Under the pieces are notes generated by a model. It saw nothing but the letters and a program-made list of their open reading frames with translations, was not told the DNA's origin and did no database searches. Of a stretch of DNA of 32,000 nucleotides, positions 22,063-29,494 are shown piece by piece (within the stretch, counting starts at the first letter, position 1; the number at the start of each line of letters is the position of its first letter). This DNA is from Desulfobulbus propionicus DSM 2032. Lineage in GTDB: Bacteria; Desulfobacterota; Desulfobulbia; Desulfobulbales; Desulfobulbaceae. The position numbers were made by a program, and so were the translations under genes. The stretch lies in assembly GCF_000186885.1 (NCBI RefSeq), contig NC_014972.1, positions 2,160,001 through 2,192,000 on the forward strand, written 5' to 3'.

Positions 22063-23664
22063 TCACGCCTTGTTTTTTGGGGTTAGATGAGCGCTGCGGT
22101 CGGTATAGGTGGTGTGCAGCAGCTTGTGGGCCATCTCGCCGTTGGGCTTGCCCAGATAGTCGGCGTACAGGTCCATCACTTCCTTGTTCTCGTGGCTCAG
22201 CCGTTTCTTGTAGATCTTGGCGTCGATGGTGTAGATGGACTTCAGCCGCTCCTGGCGCACCCAGTCGCTGGGCGGCACCGAGGTCTTGGGCTGACCGCCG
22301 CCGCTGATGCAGCCGCCCGGACAGGCCATGAACTCGATGAAGTGGTAGCGGGGCGGCCGGCCGGCCTGCTTGTCAGCGCGGATCTGATCGAGCAGTTGCC
22401 GGCCGTTGGCCAGGCCGCTGGCCACGGCAACGCGCAATTCGCCCACTCCAGGCACCTCCAGGCTGGCCTCCTTGACGCCCTGCAGGCCACGCACGGCGGC
22501 AAGGTTGAGGAGGGCCTCGGGCGGATTTTCGCCGGTGAGCAGGTAATACCCGGAACGGATCGCCGCCTCCATGACGCCGCCGGTGGCGGCAAAGATAACC
22601 GCCGCGCCGGTGCCCTCACCCATGAGCGAGTCATAGGGCTGAGGATCGAGTTTGGCCAGATCGATGCCCTTGCCCTTGATCATTCGCGCCAATTCGCGGG
22701 TGGTGAGGACAAAGTCGACATCGCGCAGTTCAGGGGTGCCGGCCATGATGCCGGCACTGTTCATCTCGCCGCGTGCGGCCTCGAATTTCTTGGCCGTGCA
22801 GGGCATGATCGACACCGAGACGATCTGTTTGGGATCGATACCTTTCTTCTTGGCATAGTAAGTCTTGGCCACTGAGCCGAGCATCTGTTGCGGCGATTTG
22901 CAGGTCGACATGTGATCGAGCAGGTCGGGATAGAAGTATTCGCAGAACTTGACCCAGCCAGGCGAACAGGAGGTGAATTGGGGCAGCGCGGTCGGGGCAT
23001 GGCCATGCCCACCCTCGCCGTGCCCGCCGGCCGCCTTGATCCGGTTGACCAGCTCGGTGCCCTCTTCCATGATGGTGAGATCGGCACTGAAGTTGGTGTC
23101 AAAGACGCGATCAAAACCAAGCAACTTCAGGGCAGCGACCATCTTACCCTCGACGATGGAGCCGGCTGGCATGCCGAATTCCTCGCCAATGGCGATGCGG
23201 GTGGCTGGCGCTGTCTGCACGATCACATGCAGGTTTTTGTCGCTGATCACCTTGAGCACCCGCTCGATGTCGTCGCGCTCACTGATGGCGCCGGTGGGGC
23301 ACCACAGGGCGCACTGGCCGCAGTTGACGCAGGTGATGTCGTCCTTGATCGGCAGGCCGTAGAAGCCCTCGACGCTCTGCACGCGCTCGCAGGCCTCGGC
23401 GCACTGGCCGCAAAGGATGCACTTGCGGTCGTCGCGGACAATGGAGGGGTTGTTGGGATCGATGGGCACGCGCCCACGGACCTGCACCGGCCAGGAGCCG
23501 GGAGCGTTGTACTGTTGCGGAGTCCATCCTTCGCCGCCGACTGGTTTGCCGGCATCCTTGCACCCGGACAGGGTCGCGAGGGCGCCCGCCATGCCAGCGG
23601 TTCCCAATCCCTTGAGGAAAAACCGCCGGGAAACCGGGAGATCGTTTGTGCTGTTATTGTCCAT
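22063..23664 (-). CDS. hydA: Tat-exported [FeFe] hydrogenase catalytic subunit (two ferredoxin-type clusters, H-domain and a fused small-subunit-like C-terminus)
   Basis: The twin-arginine leader is SRRFFLKGLG. The accessory cluster motifs are CILCGQCAEAC and CVNCGQCALWCP. H-cluster motif L2 is MPCTAKKFE and L3 is EFMACPGGCISGGGQP. L1 is the variant FTSCSPGW. Similarity to Desulfovibrio-type periplasmic HydA extends along the whole protein. Confidence 0.92.
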   Translation of the reverse strand: MDNNSTNDLPVSRRFFLKGLGTAGMAGALATLSGCKDAGKPVGGEGWTPQQYNAPGSWPVQVRGRVPIDPNNPSIVRDDRKCILCGQCAEACERVQSVEGFYGLPIKDDITCVNCGQCALWCPTGAISERDDIERVLKVISDKNLHVIVQTAPATRIAIGEEFGMPAGSIVEGKMVAALKLLGFDRVFDTNFSADLTIMEEGTELVNRIKAAGGHGEGGHGHAPTALPQFTSCSPGWVKFCEYFYPDLLDHMSTCKSPQQMLGSVAKTYYAKKKGIDPKQIVSVSIMPCTAKKFEAARGEMNSAGIMAGTPELRDVDFVLTTRELARMIKGKGIDLAKLDPQPYDSLMGEGTGAAVIFAATGGVMEAAIRSGYYLLTGENPPEALLNLAAVRGLQGVKEASLEVPGVGELRVAVASGLANGRQLLDQIRADKQAGRPPRYHFIEFMACPGGCISGGGQPKTSVPPSDWVRQERLKSIYTIDAKIYKKRLSHENKEVMDLYADYLGKPNGEMAHKLLHTTYTDRSAHLTPKNKA

Positions 23665-23983
23665 AGACTGCTTCCCTTGCTGAAGTTACGTTCTTGGCCT
23701 CGCTTGCCGTTTCTGCTGCCCAGCCGCGGCCCGTGTGTGTTGTCTCGTGGACAGTGTCACCGACCAAAGAGAACACAGGCGTCCATCTTCGACCACGCAT
23801 CCACCGCCCACCCATCAAAAGTTTGCCGTGCAGTCCTTTTTTCCAAAAAACCGGAAAACTAAAAACAATGATTCCGGTCGGCAGAATCAGGGCCTCTCCC
23901 CTCTTCCGGCCATTGGTTGGCGCCCCTTTGTATAAGGAACCGGATACTGATTGAACCGGTCCAACGCTGACCCGGAAAGGACT

Positions 23984-24005
23984 TATAGAGAATTAATTCT
24001 CTATA
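23984..24005. promoter_or_regulatory. Perfect 22-bp palindrome, candidate operator overlapping the predicted hyd transcription start
   Basis: TATAGAGAATT|AATTCTCTATA has 11-bp arms with no mismatch. It begins 3 nt downstream of the candidate -10 hexamer on the minus strand. Confidence 0.5.
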
Positions 24006-24008
24006 TAA

Positions 24009-24037
24009 AGTCTAATAAAAACTGCTTGATATGTCAA
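24009..24037 (-). promoter_or_regulatory. Candidate sigma70 promoter reading toward hydA
   Basis: On the minus strand: TTGACA (24037-24032), an exact 17-nt spacer, then TAGACT (24014-24009). This implies a ~340-nt leader before the hydA ATG at 23664. Confidence 0.45.
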
Positions 24038-24319
24038 TTATTTTCAATGACGACCAAAGCCGGCTTGCCGGGTTTTTTTCCCGAACGGGCTATGAACGGA
24101 AGGAATTATCGAGTCATTCTGACCCGCAAAAAAATAGCAGGATACAAGCTGAAAAAGAGCGTCAACGACAAGGAAATGGCCGGGAACCGCTCGCGAATCA
24201 CGCGCCGATAAGTACAATTTTGTACTTTAAGGCAGTAAAAAAATCCTCTGCGGGACAGGGAACAGGAAAGGGTGTGGGGGAATGAAGAGGAAAAAATACG
24301 GTTGGGGTCAATCCGAGGC

Positions 24320-24358
24320 GCGGAAAAGGAAGGGAGAGGCCTCGATTGACGCCTCTCC
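24320..24358 (-). terminator. Probable intrinsic terminator of ppsR
   Basis: GGAGAGGC (24333-24340) and GCCTCTCC (24351-24358) form an 8-bp stem with a 10-nt loop. It starts 24 nt after the ppsR stop. On the minus strand it is followed by CUUCCUUUUCC. Confidence 0.45.
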
Positions 24359-24381
24359 GCATCTCTAACTCGGTCGGCCTT

Positions 24382-25230
24382 TTACAGGGAACGTCCGGAG
24401 ATATCGCGAGTGCGCGGCCGCTGTTTCTTGGTCAGACCAATGGCCTGGATCGCCTGCACGGCGATCTCTTCGATCGAGCGGCCCTCGACATTGAGCACCT
24501 TGAGGTTGTGCCGCTGGTAGAGCTGCTTGGCTTGCTGCAGTTCGCGGGTACAGTTGGCCAAGCTGGCATAGGTGGAACCGGCGTAGCGCTTTTCGCGGAT
24601 GGTGTGCAAGTAGAGCGGCGAGCAGGTCAGCCCCACCGCCCGCTTGCTGTTGCGCACGATCTCCTTGGGCAGTTCATGCTTGTCGAGGTGATCGGCGGTC
24701 AACGGAAAGTTGGCGGCCTTGAGTTCCATGTGGGTGGCCAGGTAGATACTGACCGGGGTCTTGCCGGATCGCGACACGCCCACCAGGATGATTTCTGCCT
24801 CGTCGTATTCTGCCGGCCGGGTGCCGTCGTCGTGCTCCAGGGAAAAATGGATGGCGTCGACCCGTTTGTTCATTTTGGAGATGGTAAAGTGGCGGGAATA
24901 TCCCGGTTCGCGCAAGGCCTTGACCCCCAGGGCCTGTTCCAGCAATTCCAGGGTGTTGAGAAAAATATCGAAAAATTTCACCTCTGGACAGTTGAACACG
25001 TCACGGGTTTCCTGATCCATGATGGTGCAGAAGACCAGCGGCTGCCCGCCTTCGGACTGCTGGAGAATGTGGGCCAGGGCCTTGCGGGCGTCATCGGGGG
25101 TATGGATGAAGGGAATTTTTTCTTCCCGAAAGCGAATGTCTTGAAATTGGGCCAGAAGGGCCTTGCCCATGTCTTCGGCGAGGATGGCGGTGGAACCGGA
25201 AACGTAGTAGACATCTTGGGTGGTAGCCAT
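24382..25230 (-). CDS. ppsR: PEP synthase / pyruvate-phosphate dikinase regulatory protein (bifunctional kinase-pyrophosphorylase, DUF299)
   Basis: 282 aa and collinear with YdiA/PpsR. Matching segments are VYYVSGSTAILAEDMGKALLAQF, the P-loop ILVGVSRSGKTPVSIYLA, REKRYAGSTYASL and SIEEIA. Confidence 0.9.
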   Translation of the reverse strand: MATTQDVYYVSGSTAILAEDMGKALLAQFQDIRFREEKIPFIHTPDDARKALAHILQQSEGGQPLVFCTIMDQETRDVFNCPEVKFFDIFLNTLELLEQALGVKALREPGYSRHFTISKMNKRVDAIHFSLEHDDGTRPAEYDEAEIILVGVSRSGKTPVSIYLATHMELKAANFPLTADHLDKHELPKEIVRNSKRAVGLTCSPLYLHTIREKRYAGSTYASLANCTRELQQAKQLYQRHNLKVLNVEGRSIEEIAVQAIQAIGLTKKQRPRTRDISGRSL

Positions 25231-25244
25231 GGCGTCTCGATGGG

Positions 25245-25505
25245 TTATTTTCGTTTATGACAGAACAAACAGCGGTATTTCGGCGGATGGGTTTCGGGCA
25301 AGGGGGCTTCCTTGCCTGGCGCATGACAACGCTCGCAGAATTTTTCCGCCTCCTTTTTTTTCATGGTCATGAATCGTTCATGCGTGGCGTCATGCGGCAG
25401 CGGTCGGGTGGTTTCCGGCGGCGCCTTGAGAAGAAACAGCAACAGTCCGGCGCAACCGACCAGAAACAGGGCATTGTAGAGGAGATGTTTCTGCTTGGTG
25501 GTCAT
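25245..25505 (-). CDS. Small membrane-anchored diheme c-type cytochrome (paired-CXXCH type)
   Basis: ATG 25505 gives 86 aa; the ORF-track TTG start at 25568 is judged unlikely because it would overlap the upstream gene. The TM helix is LLYNALFLVGCAGLLLFLL. The two heme motifs are CERCH and CLFCH, with His candidates (PHDATH, ETH) for distal ligands. Confidence 0.7.
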   Translation of the reverse strand: MTTKQKHLLYNALFLVGCAGLLLFLLKAPPETTRPLPHDATHERFMTMKKKEAEKFCERCHAPGKEAPLPETHPPKYRCLFCHKRK

Positions 25506-25536
25506 GGTGTCCTGGGGAAGAGTGGAAGCGATACCG

Positions 25537-26565
25537 CTAATCTGCCATTTCCAGACTATGAAAATCAATGATTTTCATTCGTAGCAGCAGAACCAGCAGA
25601 TCCATCAGCAGGCCGCAGAGTCTTGGGCTGCGACCCGCCAGCCGCATCACCCGGCCATGGCGCCGTTGTTTGCGGGCAAGCGTCGCCAGCTCGGTGCCCG
25701 GATAGGCGGGATCAAGGATCATTCGCGCCACAACCCGACCGGAGACCAGAGCCGGATAGATGCCTTCGCCGGTGAGCCCGGAAGCCAGTCCAGCGGCATC
25801 GCCGACCAGCCAGCCATGCTCGAAACAAACCCCACGATAATCGAAGTTGACCAGACCGGCGCGGATGGCTCCCGGATCAAGCGCAATGCCCTGTCGACCG
25901 GCCCAGACAAGCAACTGTTCTTTGAGCGTCCTGGCCGAAAACAGGCGGCTGTCGGCGTAGGCGCCGATGGAACAGGTCGTCGCATGGGGAAAGATCCAGC
26001 CATAGCCGGAACCGAAGAGGCGCGGGTCAAGATGCCATTCCATGCGGGAAAAGTGACCCGGCACCATGGCGTTGAGGCCGATTCCCAGGGCAAAGGACGG
26101 GAGGTTGAGATAGCGGCGCACCTGACTGCATGATCCATCCGCGCCCACCAGCTGGCCATAACGTACGCCCATCCGGCTGTTGCCCCGTTCTAAGATGGCC
26201 TGCCCGGGTTCCAGCGCGGCCAGCCGGGTTCCGCTCAGCAGGGTCACCCCGGCGGCTGCCGCCTGCGCCGCCATCCACTGTCCCAGGCGCTCTCGGCTGA
26301 CGGTGGCGATGATCGGATTCTGCTCCGCCACCACCACCTGTTGCCGAGGGGTGACCACCACCTGCTCGGGAAACTGTCGCTCGATCAGTTCGTGAGGAAC
26401 ATGACGGAGCAGGCCGTGCCAGGTGATGCCACCGGCACAAACCTTGGGGCCGAAAACCGGTTTGCGCTCCACCAGGACCACCCGTGCCCCGTGCCGCGCC
26501 AACTGGGTGGCGCAGGCCAAACCACCCGGTCCGCCGCCAACAATCAGAATATCAGTGTGTTCCAT
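25537..26565 (-). CDS. Geranylgeranyl-reductase-family FAD-dependent oxidoreductase
   Basis: The N-terminal dinucleotide fold is DILIVGGGPGGLACATQLARHGARVVLVER. VGADG and GDAAG-type motifs are present (LVGADGSCSQVR, LVGDAAGLASGLTGEGI). Confidence 0.85.
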   Translation of the reverse strand: MEHTDILIVGGGPGGLACATQLARHGARVVLVERKPVFGPKVCAGGITWHGLLRHVPHELIERQFPEQVVVTPRQQVVVAEQNPIIATVSRERLGQWMAAQAAAAGVTLLSGTRLAALEPGQAILERGNSRMGVRYGQLVGADGSCSQVRRYLNLPSFALGIGLNAMVPGHFSRMEWHLDPRLFGSGYGWIFPHATTCSIGAYADSRLFSARTLKEQLLVWAGRQGIALDPGAIRAGLVNFDYRGVCFEHGWLVGDAAGLASGLTGEGIYPALVSGRVVARMILDPAYPGTELATLARKQRRHGRVMRLAGRSPRLCGLLMDLLVLLLRMKIIDFHSLEMAD

Positions 26566-26842
26566 GCGTTAATTGTTCAAGAAACAATTCCTTGGTTGAA
26601 GGCAGGTGGCAAGGGGGGCAGAGGCCATCGGCAATACGCTCTCCGGGAAACGGCCGCTACGGCTTACCGGTTCCCGGAAAAAAAAGCAAGCGCATCCCGG
26701 ATCGTGCCCGCAGCCGGGGGCATGCGTCCCGCCTCGCCGCCGATCGACCCGAAGGGGTGATCCCCGGCTTTCCTGTTGTCAGCGTCTCCTCTTCCTGCTA
26801 CATATCAGGAATATTTCCCACCTCAAACAGCAAGGTGCCGCC

Positions 26843-28219
26843 ATGAACATCAGGGAACAACTGGCCATCCCCCGGCAACAACCGCGTGAACTTGATCCCG
26901 AGGAGCGGCTCGACAACTTCGACGAGGTCTCCAAAGGCTTTGACGAAGCCACCGCGCTGATCGAGGCTCAACGCTGCCTGCAGTGCCGCAAGCCGCTGTG
27001 CGTGATGGGCTGCCCCATCGGCAACGACATCCCGCGGTTCATCGAATTGTTGCGGGAGCGCAAGTTCGAACAGGCCTACTGGACCATCCGCGAGACCAGT
27101 TCCATGCCCTCGATCTGTGGCCGGGTCTGTCCCCACGAGTTCCAGTGCGAAGGTGCCTGCATCCGGGGCAAAAAGGACGCGCCGGTGGCCATCGGCCTGC
27201 TGGAACGCTTCCTTGCCGACTGGATGATCATCAACGGCAAGAATCTCTCACCCCGTTGCGCGCCGAAAAACGGCATCAAGGTGGCGATCATCGGTTCCGG
27301 TCCAGCGGGTATCACCGTGGCCCACTCGCTGTCGCACAAAGGATACAGCTGCACCATTTTCGAGTCCTTGCCGGTGTTCGGCGGCATGCTCAGCGTCGGC
27401 ATCCCCAATTATCGCCTGCCGCGCAACATCATCGGCGCCGAACTCTATGCCCTGCAGCAGTGCGGGGTCAACGTCAAGACCGGCATCACCGTGGGTCGCG
27501 ACCTGACCCTCTCCGACCTGCGTGACCAGGGCTACGCCGCGGTGTTTCTCGGCATTGGCGCCTATGAAAGCCGCCGGCTGGGCCTGGAAGGCGAACTTGA
27601 AACCCAGGGGGTGATGTCCGGCATCGATTATCTGGGACAGGTGCTTACCGGTCGAGAAATCGCGCTTGGCGACCGGGTGGTGGTGGTGGGCGGCGGCAAC
27701 GTGGCCATCGATGTGGCCCGGGTGGCGCTCCGTTCCGGCTGGAAGGAGGTGACCATCCTCTACCGCCGCACCCGCGAAGAGATGCCCGCCTCGGGAGTCG
27801 AGGTACATCATGTGGAGGAGGAAGGGGTACAAATCCTGTTCCTTGCCGTACCCACCAGAATCCTCTCGGACGACGGCAGATTGACCGGCGTGGAATGCAT
27901 CCGCATGCAGCCGGGCGAACCCGACGCGTCCGGCAGGCGTTCCCCGGTTCCGGTCGAAGGCTCCGAGTTCGTGCTCGAAGCCGATGCCCTGATCGCGGCG
28001 GTCGGGCAGAAAGTCATTCCAGTGCATGACGAGACCGTGCCGGTGGAGGTCACCTCCCGTGGCACCTACGTGGTCGACCCGGTCACCCTCCAGACCAGCG
28101 TCGAGTGGATCTTTGCCGGCGGCGACACGGTGCTCGGGCCGCAGACCGTGGCCAAGGCGGTCTGTCAAGGGCTGGACGCGGCCGAGTCCATGCACCGCTA
28201 CATGCAGGGGCTGATCTGA
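26843..28219 (+). CDS. GltD/NfnB/SudA-family NAD(P)H-dependent iron-sulfur flavoprotein (glutamate synthase small-subunit-like)
   Basis: ATG 26843 has AAGGTG 5 nt upstream; the ORF-track start at 26606 is trimmed. The two N-terminal Fe-S motifs are CLQCRKPLCVMGCP and CGRVCPHEFQCEGAC. The FAD fold is VAIIGSGPAGITVA and the NADPH fold is VVVVGGGNVAIDVA. Confidence 0.88.
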   Translation: MNIREQLAIPRQQPRELDPEERLDNFDEVSKGFDEATALIEAQRCLQCRKPLCVMGCPIGNDIPRFIELLRERKFEQAYWTIRETSSMPSICGRVCPHEFQCEGACIRGKKDAPVAIGLLERFLADWMIINGKNLSPRCAPKNGIKVAIIGSGPAGITVAHSLSHKGYSCTIFESLPVFGGMLSVGIPNYRLPRNIIGAELYALQQCGVNVKTGITVGRDLTLSDLRDQGYAAVFLGIGAYESRRLGLEGELETQGVMSGIDYLGQVLTGREIALGDRVVVVGGGNVAIDVARVALRSGWKEVTILYRRTREEMPASGVEVHHVEEEGVQILFLAVPTRILSDDGRLTGVECIRMQPGEPDASGRRSPVPVEGSEFVLEADALIAAVGQKVIPVHDETVPVEVTSRGTYVVDPVTLQTSVEWIFAGGDTVLGPQTVAKAVCQGLDAAESMHRYMQGLI

Positions 28220-28258
28220 ACGATCAAGCCCTGCGCGATGTTCACGGATTGAGGAGGG

Positions 28259-28909
28259 TTAGCTGTAGGCCTCGCTGTAGATGCGTGTGCCGGGAAAGTG
28301 CTCATCGAGCAGATGCGTCATGTCATGAATCATCGGCCGGGAGCCGCAGAGGTAGAAATCATAAAGCCCGGGCTTGAGATGCCGATCGATATAATCGGTC
28401 ACGTGCCCCCGGTGGAGATCCAGGAGCATGATCCCCGGCTGCGCCGGACCGGAAAGGCAGGGAATATAGCGGCTGGCCGCCATGGTCAGCGCACGCCGAT
28501 AGAACAGACCCGATACCTCCCGGGCGCCATGGACCAGGGTGAAGCCCCGCACCCCCGACGCGGCCATGGCCATAAACGGGGCGATTCCCACCCCGTTGGC
28601 CACAAAATAGACCGGTCGATCGGTCGGCCGGTAGATCAGATACCCCTTGGCCTGGCTCATGCCGACGGAACTCCCCGGAGCCAGTTCAGCTAGGGCACCG
28701 CTCAACACCCCACCGCGTATCCGTCTGATCAGAAAGCGCAGCTCACGGGCATCTGGAGGGGAGAGCAAGGTATAATCCCGCTCCTCGCCGTGCAGACTGA
28801 GGGTGACATGCTGGCCGGCAACAAAGGAAAAATTATCGGGTCGGTCGAAGGTCAACTCAAAGGCTTCGTCATCCAGCCATTCGCGCTTCAAAATGGAGAT
28901 GCGGTGCAT
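28259..28909 (-). CDS. FNR-like (ferredoxin-NADP reductase family) FAD/NAD(P)H flavoprotein with no Fe-S domain
   Basis: 216 aa. Motifs are RxYS/T (RDYTLLS), GGVLSG, GxGxxP (NGVGIAPF) and a C-terminal YLCGSRPM. The start is 19 nt after the adenosyltransferase gene stop. Confidence 0.85.
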   Translation of the reverse strand: MHRISILKREWLDDEAFELTFDRPDNFSFVAGQHVTLSLHGEERDYTLLSPPDARELRFLIRRIRGGVLSGALAELAPGSSVGMSQAKGYLIYRPTDRPVYFVANGVGIAPFMAMAASGVRGFTLVHGAREVSGLFYRRALTMAASRYIPCLSGPAQPGIMLLDLHRGHVTDYIDRHLKPGLYDFYLCGSRPMIHDMTHLLDEHFPGTRIYSEAYS

Positions 28910-28927
28910 CGATGTCCCCCTGTTCCA

Positions 28928-29494
28928 TCACTTCTTCCAGGTTTTATCGGCGGTTCCAAGGAGTTGATTAAGGTATCGGGCCACGACAAACAGATAATCG
29001 GACAAGCGGTTGAGGTAGACTTGGATGGCCGCCAGTTCACTGTTTCCGGCATCCGGAGAGACCTCGATCAATTCGGTCAAGCGCCGCTCGCAACGGCGAC
29101 AGACCGTACGCGCCACATGGGCCCAGGCCGCGACCGGCTGACCTCCGGGCAGAATGAATTCCTTCAGCACCGGCAACACGTCGGAAAGCGCGTCGATACG
29201 CTTCTCCAAATCTTTGGACACATTGACCGGCAGGGCAGTGAGATAACCGGTGGCGGAAGAGTCCGGAGTGGTGGCCAGCCAGGCACCGGCGAGAAAGAGG
29301 TGGGACTGAATCTGCTCGAAATCGCCGCGGATAGCCTGTTCTCCTTCAGGCAGATACGCGGCGACCGCCCCCAGCATGGAATTGAGTTCATCGAGATCGC
29401 CATAGGCCTCGATGCGGATATGATGCTTGGGTACACGCTCGCCAGAAAAGAGACTCGTCTTTCCTTTGTCGCCTCCGCCAGTATACACTTTCAT
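28928..29494 (-). CDS. PduO-type ATP:cob(I)alamin adenosyltransferase
   Basis: ATG 29494 has AAGGAGA upstream; the ORF-track start at 29665 is trimmed. The N-terminus MKVYTGGGDKGKTSLFSG is the family ATP-binding signature. The 188-aa length is typical for the family. Confidence 0.9.
   Translation of the reverse strand: MKVYTGGGDKGKTSLFSGERVPKHHIRIEAYGDLDELNSMLGAVAAYLPEGEQAIRGDFEQIQSHLFLAGAWLATTPDSSATGYLTALPVNVSKDLEKRIDALSDVLPVLKEFILPGGQPVAAWAHVARTVCRRCERRLTELIEVSPDAGNSELAAIQVYLNRLSDYLFVVARYLNQLLGTADKTWKK

Noticed and set aside
24026-24037. An FNR/CRP-like site TTGA-tatg-TCAA near the hyd promoter.
   Set aside because: The half-site spacing is 2 bp shorter than the TTGAT-N4-ATCAA consensus. 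The same bases are better explained as the -35 hexamer (TTGACA on the minus strand).
26843-28909. GltD/NfnB-like plus FNR-like genes read as an NfnAB/SudAB-type two-subunit transhydrogenase.
   Set aside because: The two genes are convergent (+ and -), not co-oriented. The FNR-like protein lacks the Cys-rich [2Fe-2S] segment of NfnA/SudB. It is instead coupled, with a 19-nt gap, to the adenosyltransferase gene.
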